64,000 bases of DNA from Candidatus Parcubacteria bacterium (GTDB taxonomy: Bacteria; Patescibacteriota; Minisyncoccia; Phycocordibacterales; Zambryskibacteraceae), in NCBI GenBank assembly GCA_019661785.1, contig JAIFWP010000002.1, forward strand, positions 161,869 through 225,868, in the 5' to 3' direction. Numbering within the stretch: the stretch's first letter is position 1; each line of letters opens with the position of its first letter. The notes under the pieces are model-generated. The model was not told where the DNA came from, did not search any database, and saw nothing but the letters and a program-made list of their open reading frames with translations. Of this stretch, positions 1 through 9,007 are shown piece by piece. A program made the position numbers and the translations under genes.

Positions 1-1281
1 GAAGCGGTGTTGCTCGTCGATAATAGCTAAAGCCAAGTGCTTAAACTTAACTGACTTCTGTATAAGAGCGTGTGTGCCTATGAGCACGGCTATCTCGCCG
101 CTCGCGACCCACTTCAAGAGTTGTGTACGGGAGATGTCGGTCCAGCCGCCCGGATTAACTTTGCTGGGGAACTTCCTACACCCGGCTCCAGTGATGAGGG
201 CGATGTTCACTGGCAAGTGCCTAAAGTACTTTATGAAAGAGTCGAAGTGCTGGCTCGCAAGTATCTCGGTCGGCGCCATGATAGCGGTCTGGAGAGTGCC
301 GAAGCCCTGTCCTTTAGGTTTGCTTGTTGTGACGGCATAAGCGAGAGAGGCGGCTACGGCTGTCTTGCCGCTACCTACATCACCCTCGAGCAAGCGCGAC
401 ATGGCATGCCCACGCTTGAAGTCCTCAAGCGCTCCCTCTATAGCTCGGCGCTGAGCGTTCGTTGCAGTGAAGGGGAAGCGCTCCATGAACCTTTCCATTT
501 CCTCCATGCTCTTGTCGATAACGAAGGCGCTCCGCTCCTTGAAGAGGTGTCGCGTCTTCTGCTTCTCTAGCTGGATAAAGAATATCTCCTCGAAGGCGAA
601 GCGCTTGCGAGCTGCCTCGGCGTCAGCCGCCTTCTGCGGGGCGTGTATCCAGACGAGAGCAGTGCGCAGAGTCGGGAGAGAATACTTTTTTAATATCTCT
701 TGCGGCAGAGGGTCCTCAATAGCGTCGAGGATGCCGGAGCCGAGCACAAGCTGCATCTTGTGGAAAAACCAGTTAGAGGTTACTCCGCGTGTCTCCGGAT
801 ATACAGGGTAAAGAGCGTGGATGTCAGAGTCCTTGCCAAAGAGTGATATTCCTATAGTCTGCGGCATATCACCCACATGCTCGACCTTGGGATTAGAGAA
901 ATACAATTCAGCATTCGACTTCTTCTCGCTCACTTTGCCCTCTACGCGCACTGTCGTGCCATCGTGGAGCATCTTCGCCAGGTACGGCTGGTGGAACCAG
1001 ATTATTTTTATCTTCTCTGAGCCGTCTGTGACCCAGGCCTCGGACATGGGTATTTTCTTCTTCCAGGCCTTGCTCGTCTTGAGCCCTGAGATAGTGCCGA
1101 AGACGGTGGCATGGTCGCCCTTAGCAAGGCTTGCAATGCTCGCCACCTCAGCCGTGTCGCCATAGCGAGTGGGGAAGTGATACAGGATATCCTCGACGGT
1201 CGTGAGCCCGAGCCTCTTAAGCGCCTTCTCCTGCGCGGGGAGTATGCGGAAGTGGGAGGAGAGAGGGTCAGATAGATTCAT
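1..1281 (-). CDS. recG: ATP-dependent DNA helicase RecG (5' part; runs off the window start)
   Basis: Manual translation from ATG at 1281: MNLSDPLSSHFRIL...RLLEGDVGSGKT...MAPTEILASQH...LIGTHAL...IIDEQHRF (wedge domain, Walker A, DEQH box). Missing from the ORF track because it has no stop in the window. Confidence 0.95.
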   Translation of the reverse strand, partial: MNLSDPLSSHFRILPAQEKALKRLGLTTVEDILYHFPTRYGDTAEVASIASLAKGDHATVFGTISGLKTSKAWKKKIPMSEAWVTDGSEKIKIIWFHQPYLAKMLHDGTTVRVEGKVSEKKSNAELYFSNPKVEHVGDMPQTIGISLFGKDSDIHALYPVYPETRGVTSNWFFHKMQLVLGSGILDAIEDPLPQEILKKYSLPTLRTALVWIHAPQKAADAEAARKRFAFEEIFFIQLEKQKTRHLFKERSAFVIDKSMEEMERFMERFPFTATNAQRRAIEGALEDFKRGHAMSRLLEGDVGSGKTAVAASLAYAVTTSKPKGQGFGTLQTAIMAPTEILASQHFDSFIKYFRHLPVNIALITGAGCRKFPSKVNPGGWTDISRTQLLKWVASGEIAVLIGTHALIQKSVKFKHLALAIIDEQHRF

Positions 1282-1310
1282 GTCGGTATTCTACATTATA
1301 TATACGTGAA

Positions 1311-1336
1311 GCCGCCCGGAACTAGTTCCGGGCGGC
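1311..1336. terminator. Perfect GC-rich palindrome overlapping the stop of the 1322-1516 ORF
   Basis: GCCGCCCGGAACTAGTTCCGGGCGGC is self-complementary. Confidence 0.55.
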
Positions 1337-1516
1337 GGGGGCATCCTCGTCTGGGTGTTTGAGACGGAATTTGCCTTTCTTGTTCTGCCACTCCTCGTCG
1401 CCAATCCACTTCTGGCGGACGAGGCAGTCGTCTTTGCATCCTTCCGACTTGCAGATGATGCGTTCGTGCTGGTCATCTGGATGCCCAGTCTTGTCCTCCA
1501 CTACGTTGTGGCTCAT
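1322..1516 (-). CDS. Small hypothetical protein (64 aa)
   Basis: ORF with SD GGAGG 4 nt before ATG and a terminal hairpin. Confidence 0.55.
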   Translation of the reverse strand: MSHNVVEDKTGHPDDQHERIICKSEGCKDDCLVRQKWIGDEEWQNKKGKFRLKHPDEDAPAARN

Positions 1517-1569
1517 GCTGCCTCCATGACAGGTGTCAGGTATGAGTATGGTTGAAATCTAGTCCGGAA

Positions 1570-1881
1570 CTACTCTACCACATCCTTCTTCTCATCCAAG
1601 CGGTCTAGATGGAGCGCCTTAAATACGAAGTATATAACAAGGGCGATGATTATGAGATTTATAAGGTTCGATACGAAGTCGCCCCACTTGAATATGACTC
1701 CATGGATGTCGAGGGTGAGCTTGCTTATGTCTCCAACTTTGCCCAAGAGTATGCCTATCACAGGGGTGAAGATGTCCTCGACTAAGGCTGTGACGGTCTT
1801 GGCCACGGCAGCGCCAATGATGAAGCCGATGGCCAGCCCGACTATGCCCTGAGTGCGGAGGAAGTGTATAAAGCCTTTCAT
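1570..1881 (-). CDS. mscL: Large-conductance mechanosensitive channel MscL family
   Basis: MKGFIHFLRTQGIVGLAIGFIIGAAV...LVEDIFTP...WGDFVSNLINLII; start moved to ATG 1881. Confidence 0.9.
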   Translation of the reverse strand: MKGFIHFLRTQGIVGLAIGFIIGAAVAKTVTALVEDIFTPVIGILLGKVGDISKLTLDIHGVIFKWGDFVSNLINLIIIALVIYFVFKALHLDRLDEKKDVVE

Positions 1882-1888
1882 GAGTTTA

Positions 1889-1916
1889 AAGACGTAAGGG
1901 AAGGGGCGCACTTTCG
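1889..1916 (-). promoter_or_regulatory. Putative ECF-type promoter of mscL (CGAAAG-N16-CGTCTT, 7 nt before ATG)
   Basis: Same geometry recurs before several stress genes (see findings). Confidence 0.6.
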
Positions 1917-1927
1917 TGCGCCCTTTG

Positions 1928-2566
1928 CTACAGCCTTTCTGCCGCCAGTATCACAGCGAGCTGCAGCTTGGCTCGATGGACCCGCATCTTCACGGTACCC
2001 ACGGTTATGCCAAGCAGCTCGGCGATCTCATTGTGGCTCAGGTCATCCATGTGGAAAAGGTAGTACGACTCACGGAGACTCGGAGTCATCTTCACCATCG
2101 CTTCGCGGAGAGTCTCTTCGGCTTGCTTTCTATCGAGTACTCTCTCGGTGCTGTTCTCCTTGTCCTCGTACACCTCTTCCTCGTCTGGTACGAGACTTAG
2201 GCTCGTCTCATTCCTGCTGCGGAAGCTTCGGATGTCGCTCACGATAAAGTTCTTGACTGCGGTGAAGAGCCAAGACCGGAGCTTGCTCTCGTCGCGGAAC
2301 ATTGGCAGATGCTTCAAGAGCTTTAGGAAGGTGTTCTGGACGATGTCCTCGGCGAGGTCTCTGTCCTGAACAATCTTGTCCGCAAAGATGACGAGTCTGA
2401 GCCAGTATCGGCGGTAGATCTCAGCACATGCGAGCGGCTCGCCCTCATTGTGGGCCTTCACCAGCTCGCCGTCGCTTAGGCGAGATAGGGACGAGGTGCT
2501 GCTCGATGCGACTGAGAGCATGTTGGAGAAGTCCCTTAAGGCGCTTCCCTTCGTATTGGCAGACAT
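1928..2566 (-). CDS. ECF-family RNA polymerase sigma-70 factor
   Basis: Region 2 (DLAEDIVQNTFLK...LRSWLFTAVKN) and region 4 (LSHNEIAELLGITVGTVKMRVHRAK); SD AAAGGAG. Confidence 0.9.
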   Translation of the reverse strand: MSANTKGSALRDFSNMLSVASSSTSSLSRLSDGELVKAHNEGEPLACAEIYRRYWLRLVIFADKIVQDRDLAEDIVQNTFLKLLKHLPMFRDESKLRSWLFTAVKNFIVSDIRSFRSRNETSLSLVPDEEEVYEDKENSTERVLDRKQAEETLREAMVKMTPSLRESYYLFHMDDLSHNEIAELLGITVGTVKMRVHRAKLQLAVILAAERL

Positions 2567-2677
2567 ATCGAAGCTCCTTTGGGGTGGGTTGAAGGACGTT
2601 CTGTGGGAGATTATGCACCTGTGTGGGCATAAATCAACTCTGCTGTATAATCAAAGTATTAGAAATTAGTTAAAAAT

Positions 2678-3064
2678 ATGCTTGCACAAATGTCCCAATA
2701 CCATGACGAAGCCTTCCTCTTGGTGAGGCTCGTAGTGGGTTACATCTTCATCTACCACGGTCTGCCTAAGCTCAGGAAGCCAGAAGGCATGGCGCAAGGT
2801 CTCGGCTGGCCTAAGGGAGCTATCATGCTCATCGGCCTTGTGGAGCTCTTGGGTGGTCTCGGCGTCGGTCTCGGTGTATACATACAAGTCTGCGCCATCC
2901 TCCTTGCTCTCGTCATGGTCGGTGCTGGTTGGATGAAGATAACTAAGTGGAAGACCCCATTCTTCACCATGACAGCTACTGGCTGGGAGTACGACCTTAT
3001 CCTCTTTGCTGTCTGCCTCTTCATCGCTGCTCATGGAGCAAGCATGTACTCCTTGATGATGTAG
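2678..3064 (+). CDS. DoxX family membrane protein
   Basis: LLVRLVVGYIFIYHGLPKL...ELLGGL...GWEYDL. Confidence 0.85.
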   Translation: MLAQMSQYHDEAFLLVRLVVGYIFIYHGLPKLRKPEGMAQGLGWPKGAIMLIGLVELLGGLGVGLGVYIQVCAILLALVMVGAGWMKITKWKTPFFTMTATGWEYDLILFAVCLFIAAHGASMYSLMM

Positions 3065-3065
3065 T

Positions 3066-3473
3066 ATGGCGATACTCAATAGAGACAAGTCCAAGAACAC
3101 GACCCTCTTCCTACTCCGGCTTGCGGCATCCTACATATTTATCCAAAGCGGGGGACTCCTCCTCTTTGGTTGGTTTGGCGGCATGCCGGCCGGAGTACCG
3201 GTGACGACTCTCCTCACCATAGCTGGCATCCTTGAGTTGGTCGGAGGCGTAGCTATACTCCTGGGCATCTTCACTCGCCCTGTCGCCTTCATCCTCGCGG
3301 GTGAGATGGCGGTGGCGTACTTCATCGGCCACGCTATGCCTATGGGCCACATGTGGGTCCCGCTCTTGAACCAAGGTGAGCCAGCTATGCTCCTCTGCTT
3401 CATCTTCCTCTACTTTGCCGCTCGCGGCGCAGGCAGTCTCAGTCTCGACGCCAAGTTGCGAAAGGCGTACTAA
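3066..3473 (+). CDS. DoxX family membrane protein
   Basis: LLRLAAS...ELVGG...GIFTRPVAFILAGEMAVAYF...NQGEPA...GAGSLSLD. Confidence 0.88.
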   Translation: MAILNRDKSKNTTLFLLRLAASYIFIQSGGLLLFGWFGGMPAGVPVTTLLTIAGILELVGGVAILLGIFTRPVAFILAGEMAVAYFIGHAMPMGHMWVPLLNQGEPAMLLCFIFLYFAARGAGSLSLDAKLRKAY

Positions 3474-3488
3474 TCCGTCTGTATCTGT

Positions 3489-3827
3489 ATGAAGATTATC
3501 CTTAGACTCCTCATCTCGGCGGGAGCTATAGCTGTGGCGGTAAAGCTCCTACCCGGCGTGCATGTGAGCGGGGGATGGCAGACTTACCTCATCCTCGCTA
3601 TAGTCCTCGCGGCTATCAACTTCTTCATTAAGCCTGTTCTTTTGCTTCTGACTCTACCGCTTAGCATACTCACGCTCGGGCTCTTCACGGTTGTGCTCAA
3701 TGCTGCGCTTGTCTTCCTTGCGACAAAGATTGTCCCAGGCTTTACCGTGGACTCCTTCCTCTACGCAGTCTACTTCGGTGTCGTACTAGCAATAGTAAAC
3801 GGCGTACTAAAGCGCCTCGACGACTAG
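3489..3827 (+). CDS. 4-TM phage-holin-family (YvlD-like) membrane protein
   Basis: INFFIKPVLLLLTLPLSILTLGLFTVVLNA motif. Confidence 0.85.
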   Translation: MKIILRLLISAGAIAVAVKLLPGVHVSGGWQTYLILAIVLAAINFFIKPVLLLLTLPLSILTLGLFTVVLNAALVFLATKIVPGFTVDSFLYAVYFGVVLAIVNGVLKRLDD

Positions 3828-4127
3828 CTACCAGACCTTATATATCTCGCGGCCACCGGAGACGTACATGTCGTTCATGTCCTTCCACTTGTCCTGCTCC
3901 TCTTTGCTCACCTCAGAGTAATCCTTCTCCATCTCCTTACGCATAGCCTCTTCGAACTCGGCGAGGTTATTGTAGTTATGAATCATGATGACGCGGTGCC
4001 ATTGGCCTGTCATGTCGGTGAGTATGTAAGGACCCTTTACTGGGTCGAAGGGCATGGTCTTCATGAGCTTGGCTATCTTCGAGGCATTGCCGGGCTTACA
4101 GACGAATGTGTTGTGTACTTGGATCAT
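3828..4127 (-). CDS. Hypothetical protein (NIPSNAP/dimeric alpha-beta barrel-like)
   Basis: 99-aa ORF, F.CKPG...LTDMTG...REIY pattern. Confidence 0.65.
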   Translation of the reverse strand: MIQVHNTFVCKPGNASKIAKLMKTMPFDPVKGPYILTDMTGQWHRVIMIHNYNNLAEFEEAMRKEMEKDYSEVSKEEQDKWKDMNDMYVSGGREIYKVW

Positions 4128-4384
4128 CCCGTTAGAGTTAGGAAGCGCTTAATTCTATTGTTAATAAATCGTTTACCCATGCCAGATTTTAAATATTTTT
4201 CTCTGGCCCTAGCGTCATCTTCATTATGACACGCTTCGCAGTATATAACGTAAAAAGGACCACGACCTTTCGTATATGTTGACTTACCATTGTTGTGCTG
4301 CCATAAGCGCTTCCGTAAACTATTCGTGATGCCTGTGTACCACTTACCGTCTTTCTTGCTCTTTAGTACGTAGTTGTACCACAT
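4124..4384 (-). CDS. Small GIY-YIG nuclease
   Basis: YNYVLKS...WYTGITNSLRKRLWQHN...YTKGRGP...EDDARAREKYLKSG. Confidence 0.92.
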   Translation of the reverse strand: MWYNYVLKSKKDGKWYTGITNSLRKRLWQHNNGKSTYTKGRGPFYVIYCEACHNEDDARAREKYLKSGMGKRFINNRIKRFLTLTG

Positions 4385-4406
4385 AACAGAGTGAACTCTA
4401 ACGGGA
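4127..4406. mobile_element. Putative 280-bp GIY-YIG mini-element with 13-bp TIRs and 3-bp TSD
   Basis: TCCCGTTAGAGTT (4127-4139) and AACTCTAACGGGA (4394-4406) are exact reverse complements; TCA flanks both ends (4124-4126, 4407-4409). Confidence 0.7.
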
Positions 4407-4442
4407 TCATAAATTGTTATTAAGAATTATTTTAGGTATGCG

Positions 4443-4625
4443 TTATGCCGGATGGCGCTCAAGGAAGTCTTCAATCATCGCTTCCTGCTTATCTTTGAAT
4501 TCCGGCAGGTTTTGCTCCTCGATAAACTTGCGGAGGAAGCCAACCTCAGCGCGGAGGGCCATGACTGTGCCTCGCTCCTCTCCAAACCGCCCGATGAGCT
4601 CTTGTATGAATTCTGGATAAGTCAT
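4443..4625 (-). CDS. Small hypothetical protein (60 aa)
   Basis: ORF with host-like codon usage filling the gap. Confidence 0.6.
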   Translation of the reverse strand: MTYPEFIQELIGRFGEERGTVMALRAEVGFLRKFIEEQNLPEFKDKQEAMIEDFLERHPA

Positions 4626-4700
4626 TTTAGTTTGCGAGTGCTATTAAGAGGAGTGCGATACTTATGACGGCGTAGGTGCCCAAAGTCTTAGTAAAGAGCC

Positions 4701-4940
4701 TTACTCCTTAGTCTCGTAGGCCTTGCGGACGTTAGCTTGGATAAAGTCGCTTAGCCCCTGGCCTGCTTCAGCTAGCTCCTTCATCTGCGCGACATTGTCT
4801 GCCCCGGCGCTCGCGTTCGTATACTTATATGTATAGAACCCGCTTCGGCTTGGGGTCTTGAACTTCACAATGATAAAGTCCTCGCCTATCTCATAGCTCT
4901 CGACGGGGGACTGCCCACTCACATTTTTGTATTCCTGCAT
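4701..4940 (-). CDS. Hypothetical protein (KTSC-like)
   Basis: YKNVSGQSPVESYEIGEDFIIVKF...YTYKYT...MKELAEAGQGL; TATAAT upstream. Confidence 0.7.
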   Translation of the reverse strand: MQEYKNVSGQSPVESYEIGEDFIIVKFKTPSRSGFYTYKYTNASAGADNVAQMKELAEAGQGLSDFIQANVRKAYETKE

Positions 4941-5028
4941 GGCTTTGGATTAACCTAATAATTCCGTCGGTACATTATAGCCCTTTGGATGGGAAAAACG
5001 GCCTATTTATGCTAAATTGGCCTTGTCT

Positions 5029-5120
5029 GGAGACGTGTCAGAGTGGTCTATCGTACCTCTTTGCTAAAGAGGTGTGCCCTTTAAAAGGCACCGACGGTTC
5101 GAATCCGTCCGTCTCCGCCA
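5029..5120 (+). tRNA. tRNA-Ser(GCT)
   Basis: Cloverleaf, anticodon arm CCTCT-TTGCTAA-AGAGG, long variable arm, GGTTCGAATCC, encoded CCA. Confidence 0.97.
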
Positions 5121-5204
5121 AGTAGCCGTTCTTAGTGTTGAGTTGTTATCAACAGCTTTCAGTTTTTTGTCAAATAGTCGTTTTTTTCATGATAGTCTGA
5201 ATGT

Positions 5205-7046
5205 ATGCAATGGAACGAGCGACTTACGGAAAATATTATAAATGGCTGGCTTAATAAGGTAGGAATCACAGAAAAAGATGGTTTTTCTGTTGAGCAACAA
5301 CTTAGTTCTAATCCGAGGATAGAAAAACTTCTTAAAAATGCTAGTAAGTCTGGAAACGGTGTTGGAAAACCTGAGTTCATAATAACTAAAAATACTGAAC
5401 AGAATTTTATTTTAATAATTGAATGTAAGGCTGATCCAAAATTTCATGAGTCCAAAAATCACGATAAATACAAAGACTACGCAGTTGATGGAGTTCTGCT
5501 ATACGCTTCTTATCTCGCCAAAGAATTTAATGTCATTGCCGTAGCTGTAAGTGGACAAAAAGAAGCAGAAATTAAAATAGACACTTTTCTACATCCTCGA
5601 GGATCTCTTAGGGCAGCTCCCCTAAAAGAAGGTGCTAGAGGGACAGCAATAAGAGAGATTATATCCTGGACTGATTATATACGTCATGCCACTTATGATG
5701 AAAATCTGACTCGAGTACGTCGTGAAGATTTAGCCAGATTTTCCCGTGATCTTCATAACTACATGCGTGACTATGCAAAAATAACTGAAGCTGATAAGCC
5801 CTTGCTTGTCAGTGGTATTCTTATCGCACTAATGGATGATGGATTTAAAGTTTCCTATTCTAAGTATGAGGAAGGATCATTGGCGAAGAGAACATATGAG
5901 ACAGTTAGAGATATTATTAACTCCGCCCAACTCGGAATAAATCAGGAAGAAAAAAAAGATGCAATCATAAATTCTTTTAGCTTTATTAAGCATCATCCTG
6001 AATTAAAAAAGATAGATCCTGAAACTAAAGAATCGCCGTTGGCACATATAATTAAAGAGATTGATCTTGAGGTCAGACCTTTTACTGAGGATCATTATGA
6101 TTTTGATGTGATTGGAAGCTTCTATGCTGAATTTGTTCGTTATACTGGCGGAGACAAAAAAGGTCTTGGTATTGTACTAACACCCAAACATCTAACAGAT
6201 TTGTTTGCAGATCTTGCTGGAGTTAATAAGAACTCAACTATTTTAGATACGTGTGCTGGCACGGGGGGGTTTCTAATATCAGCCATGCAAAAGATGACCA
6301 AAAATGTCAGTGATCTTGAAAGAAAGAGAATTTTGAGTGATTCTCTTATCGGTATTGAACAAGAACCAAAAATGTTTGCCTTGGCGGTTTCTAACATGAT
6401 CCTGAGAGGAGACGGAAAGACTAATCTTTATCAAGGATCATGTTTTGACGAGGATATTATTGGTCCCCTACGTGGTAAGGCAACGGTTGGATTTATTAAT
6501 CCCCCTTATTCTCAAAAAGGAAAAGCACTTCATGAATGGAATTTTATTGAAACTTTGTTGGATTCCTTGCAAGAAAATGCTACAGGAATTGTTGTGGTGC
6601 CGATGTCTTTATCAATTGCTCCTCATCCGACTCGACAAAAAATTTTGATTAATCATAGGCTGGAAGCTGTAATGAGTATGCCGGATGATTTATTTTATCC
6701 AGTAGGTGTCGTGTCGTGTATTATGGTTTTCACGGCGCACAAACCGCACGATAGTGAGCCAAGGCACGAGAGTTGGTTTGGTTATTGGAAAGACGATGGT
6801 TTTATAAAGGATCGCTTACAAGGCAGAATTCCCACGTCTAGATGGCCACTGATACGCGAAAAATGGCTTAACACTTTTTCTAAAAGAGAAGTGATCCCAG
6901 GTTTTAGCGTACGCAAAAAAGTAGATGGAAATGATGAATGGTGCGCAGAAGCTTATCTAGAAACAGACTACTCTTCAATAAAAGAAGAGGATTTTGAAGA
7001 TTTAATTAAGAGATACATTTTATTTAAAACCCTTAGTAATAGGTAA
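5205..7046 (+). CDS. Type IIB (BcgIA-like) fused restriction endonuclease / N6-adenine methyltransferase
   Basis: N-terminal PD-(D/E)xK-like KPEFII...IIECKA; motif I DTCAGTGGFL; motif IV NPPY; C-terminal DEWCAEAY. Confidence 0.85.
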   Translation: MQWNERLTENIINGWLNKVGITEKDGFSVEQQLSSNPRIEKLLKNASKSGNGVGKPEFIITKNTEQNFILIIECKADPKFHESKNHDKYKDYAVDGVLLYASYLAKEFNVIAVAVSGQKEAEIKIDTFLHPRGSLRAAPLKEGARGTAIREIISWTDYIRHATYDENLTRVRREDLARFSRDLHNYMRDYAKITEADKPLLVSGILIALMDDGFKVSYSKYEEGSLAKRTYETVRDIINSAQLGINQEEKKDAIINSFSFIKHHPELKKIDPETKESPLAHIIKEIDLEVRPFTEDHYDFDVIGSFYAEFVRYTGGDKKGLGIVLTPKHLTDLFADLAGVNKNSTILDTCAGTGGFLISAMQKMTKNVSDLERKRILSDSLIGIEQEPKMFALAVSNMILRGDGKTNLYQGSCFDEDIIGPLRGKATVGFINPPYSQKGKALHEWNFIETLLDSLQENATGIVVVPMSLSIAPHPTRQKILINHRLEAVMSMPDDLFYPVGVVSCIMVFTAHKPHDSEPRHESWFGYWKDDGFIKDRLQGRIPTSRWPLIREKWLNTFSKREVIPGFSVRKKVDGNDEWCAEAYLETDYSSIKEEDFEDLIKRYILFKTLSNR

Positions 7047-7047
7047 T

Positions 7048-8007
7048 ATGGAATTAACACCTCTAAACACAATTTTTGACATTGAGTATGGAAATAAATT
7101 CGATCTGAATAAAATGATTATTAAAGATAAAAGCAAGATAGCTTTTGTGGGGCGTACAGAAAAAAATAATGGTGTTACGGCGTATGTTGAAGAGGTGTCT
7201 GGGATAAGTCCATATGATCCAGGTTTCATAACTGTCGCTCTCGGCGGTGCAATTCTTGAGTCTAATCTCCAGCCATTCCCTTTTTATACGGCGCAGAATG
7301 TTGCAGTTTTAAAACCTAAAAATACAATGAGTGACGAAGAGAAACTTTTCTATGCTTTTGCTATTGAAGCTAACAAATTCAGATATGGCGCCTTTGGTAG
7401 AGAGGCTAATCGTTCCTTGAGAACGCTTCTTGTTCCGAAGTCTATTCCCAAGATGTTTATGAAGAAGAGTAATTTTGAACCATCTAATGAATCTATATTA
7501 TTCCCAAGGGAGGTGACATTTCCACCTACTTTATGGAAATCATTCAAGTACAAAGATATATTTGATATCCAAACTGGTATTGGTCCATTAGTAAAATCAA
7601 GAACAATCGAGAATGGAGCAGTCCCTTTTGTGTCTACAACATCTGAGAGTAATGGTTTCTCTTACTATTATGCTGGTCCTGCAAAACATGCCGCAAATCT
7701 CATAACCGTGAGTAATGATGGATCTGTAGGAGAAGCTTTCTATCAAGATAAACCATTTTCTGCCAGCTATAAGGTTAATATTTTAGCTCCAAAATTTGAA
7801 CTTAATTTGTATAGGGCATTATTTTTGAACGCGATCATTAGAAAAGAAAAATATCGTTATTCATACGGACGCAAGTGGGGACTAGATAGAATGAAGGAAT
7901 CAATAATGAAATTGCCAGCATGTCCAAATGGGAGTCCTGATTGGAAATATATGGAAGATTATATAAAGTCTCTGCCGTATACCAAGACTTTGCTCAGCTA
8001 CGTTTAA
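7048..8007 (+). CDS. R-M specificity (S) subunit, BcgIB/HsdS-like
   Basis: Two repeated TRD halves (FVGRTEKNNG / FVSTTSESNG; KFRYGAFGR / KYRYSYGRK) and PDWKYMEDYIKSL tail. Confidence 0.85.
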   Translation: MELTPLNTIFDIEYGNKFDLNKMIIKDKSKIAFVGRTEKNNGVTAYVEEVSGISPYDPGFITVALGGAILESNLQPFPFYTAQNVAVLKPKNTMSDEEKLFYAFAIEANKFRYGAFGREANRSLRTLLVPKSIPKMFMKKSNFEPSNESILFPREVTFPPTLWKSFKYKDIFDIQTGIGPLVKSRTIENGAVPFVSTTSESNGFSYYYAGPAKHAANLITVSNDGSVGEAFYQDKPFSASYKVNILAPKFELNLYRALFLNAIIRKEKYRYSYGRKWGLDRMKESIMKLPACPNGSPDWKYMEDYIKSLPYTKTLLSYV

Positions 8008-8109
8008 ATTAAAGATTTTAATCTGTAATATTAAATTAAGTACATCAAATTTTATAAATTTCGAACGCCTTGAAAGATTAAAGGTTTTGTTGTAGTTTTG
8101 GTTGAATAA

Positions 8110-8976
8110 ATGACCTCACAACTTTTTCCAGAAGCAGCTCTCCCACAGTATCTTTTGGATATTTATTTCCAAGGGCCATCTTTTAACGGAATGATGGAGA
8201 TTGATTCCCTCGCCAAAGAGGTTCAAGGCTTAGAGACTGTGTTGAGAATTGCGTTGCATTCCCTGATAAAAAATAAAAGGCTTAATCTGAAAAGTGGGGA
8301 CTTGGAAATTTATGTTGAGGCATTTGAGAAGGGATCATTTCGAAAAAGAATAAAAGTTTTTAATAGGACAACAAAAGAATATGTGCCTCTAGTTAGTTTG
8401 GCAACATTAGTTGTCTTGATATTCCAAACGATCCCTCAATATAAAACAGAGGAGATAAAAACTTTGTCTCCAGAGCTAATTGCTTCAGTGAGAGATCAGG
8501 TAGTGTTAGAACTATTGCAGGATAAGAAGTTTTTGGGTGCAGCGGCTGATATTGTACAGCCTATATCGCTTGGAGGTGATATGTGCACTTTGTCTTCAGC
8601 CGTTGACAATAAAGCCGTGATTGATTCCGAAACTAGTAAGAAGTTTATTAATTTAACTGATTCTGCTGAGAGTTCAGTTGATGATGGGGAATATTATGAA
8701 GTATTGCAGGGAAGAATAAACAGGGTGGATCTGGATGCTTCAAGAAGGCATATAGGATTTAAGGTCAATAGTGAGGGAGCGACAATTGATGCAACATTTC
8801 AAAATAAGCCATCTCCCGAAGAAATGAAGTCTTTGCTTGGTGAGTGGGTGGAAATCAAAGGTAATGTTTCGTATATAGGCGGCCAAAGAAGTCATGTGGA
8901 TATCTCTGAATTTAATGTAATCAAACAGAGGCAATTTGATATGCATTCTGATCAATCAGATAATCCCAAAAAATAA
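8110..8976 (+). CDS. Hypothetical protein in defence islet (possible C-terminal OB-like fold)
   Basis: 288-aa ORF with the islet's AT-rich codon usage. Confidence 0.8.
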   Translation: MTSQLFPEAALPQYLLDIYFQGPSFNGMMEIDSLAKEVQGLETVLRIALHSLIKNKRLNLKSGDLEIYVEAFEKGSFRKRIKVFNRTTKEYVPLVSLATLVVLIFQTIPQYKTEEIKTLSPELIASVRDQVVLELLQDKKFLGAAADIVQPISLGGDMCTLSSAVDNKAVIDSETSKKFINLTDSAESSVDDGEYYEVLQGRINRVDLDASRRHIGFKVNSEGATIDATFQNKPSPEEMKSLLGEWVEIKGNVSYIGGQRSHVDISEFNVIKQRQFDMHSDQSDNPKK

Positions 8977-9007
8977 ATTAATATTACCGAGGTACACTTA
9001 AGCCCTA

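Larger units (their letters stand above)
5121..8990. mobile_element. AT-rich defence islet downstream of tRNA-Ser
   Basis: Abrupt drop in GC and changed codon usage from the tRNA 3' end to about 8990; no integrase or att repeat seen. Confidence 0.6.

Noticed and set aside
70-1165. Plus-strand ORFs over the window start, and the many antisense ORFs elsewhere in the track
   Set aside because: They are shadows of real genes on the opposite strand (here recG) and show no family motifs.
3489-3827. Holin-family gene as evidence of a prophage
   Set aside because: It is the YvlD-like cellular family; no phage structural, terminase or integrase genes are present.
4127-4406. GTTAGAG / CTCTAAC resembling integron attC core sites
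   Set aside because: There is no attC hairpin, cassette array or integron integrase; the extended perfect inverted repeat with TCA duplication fits TIRs better.
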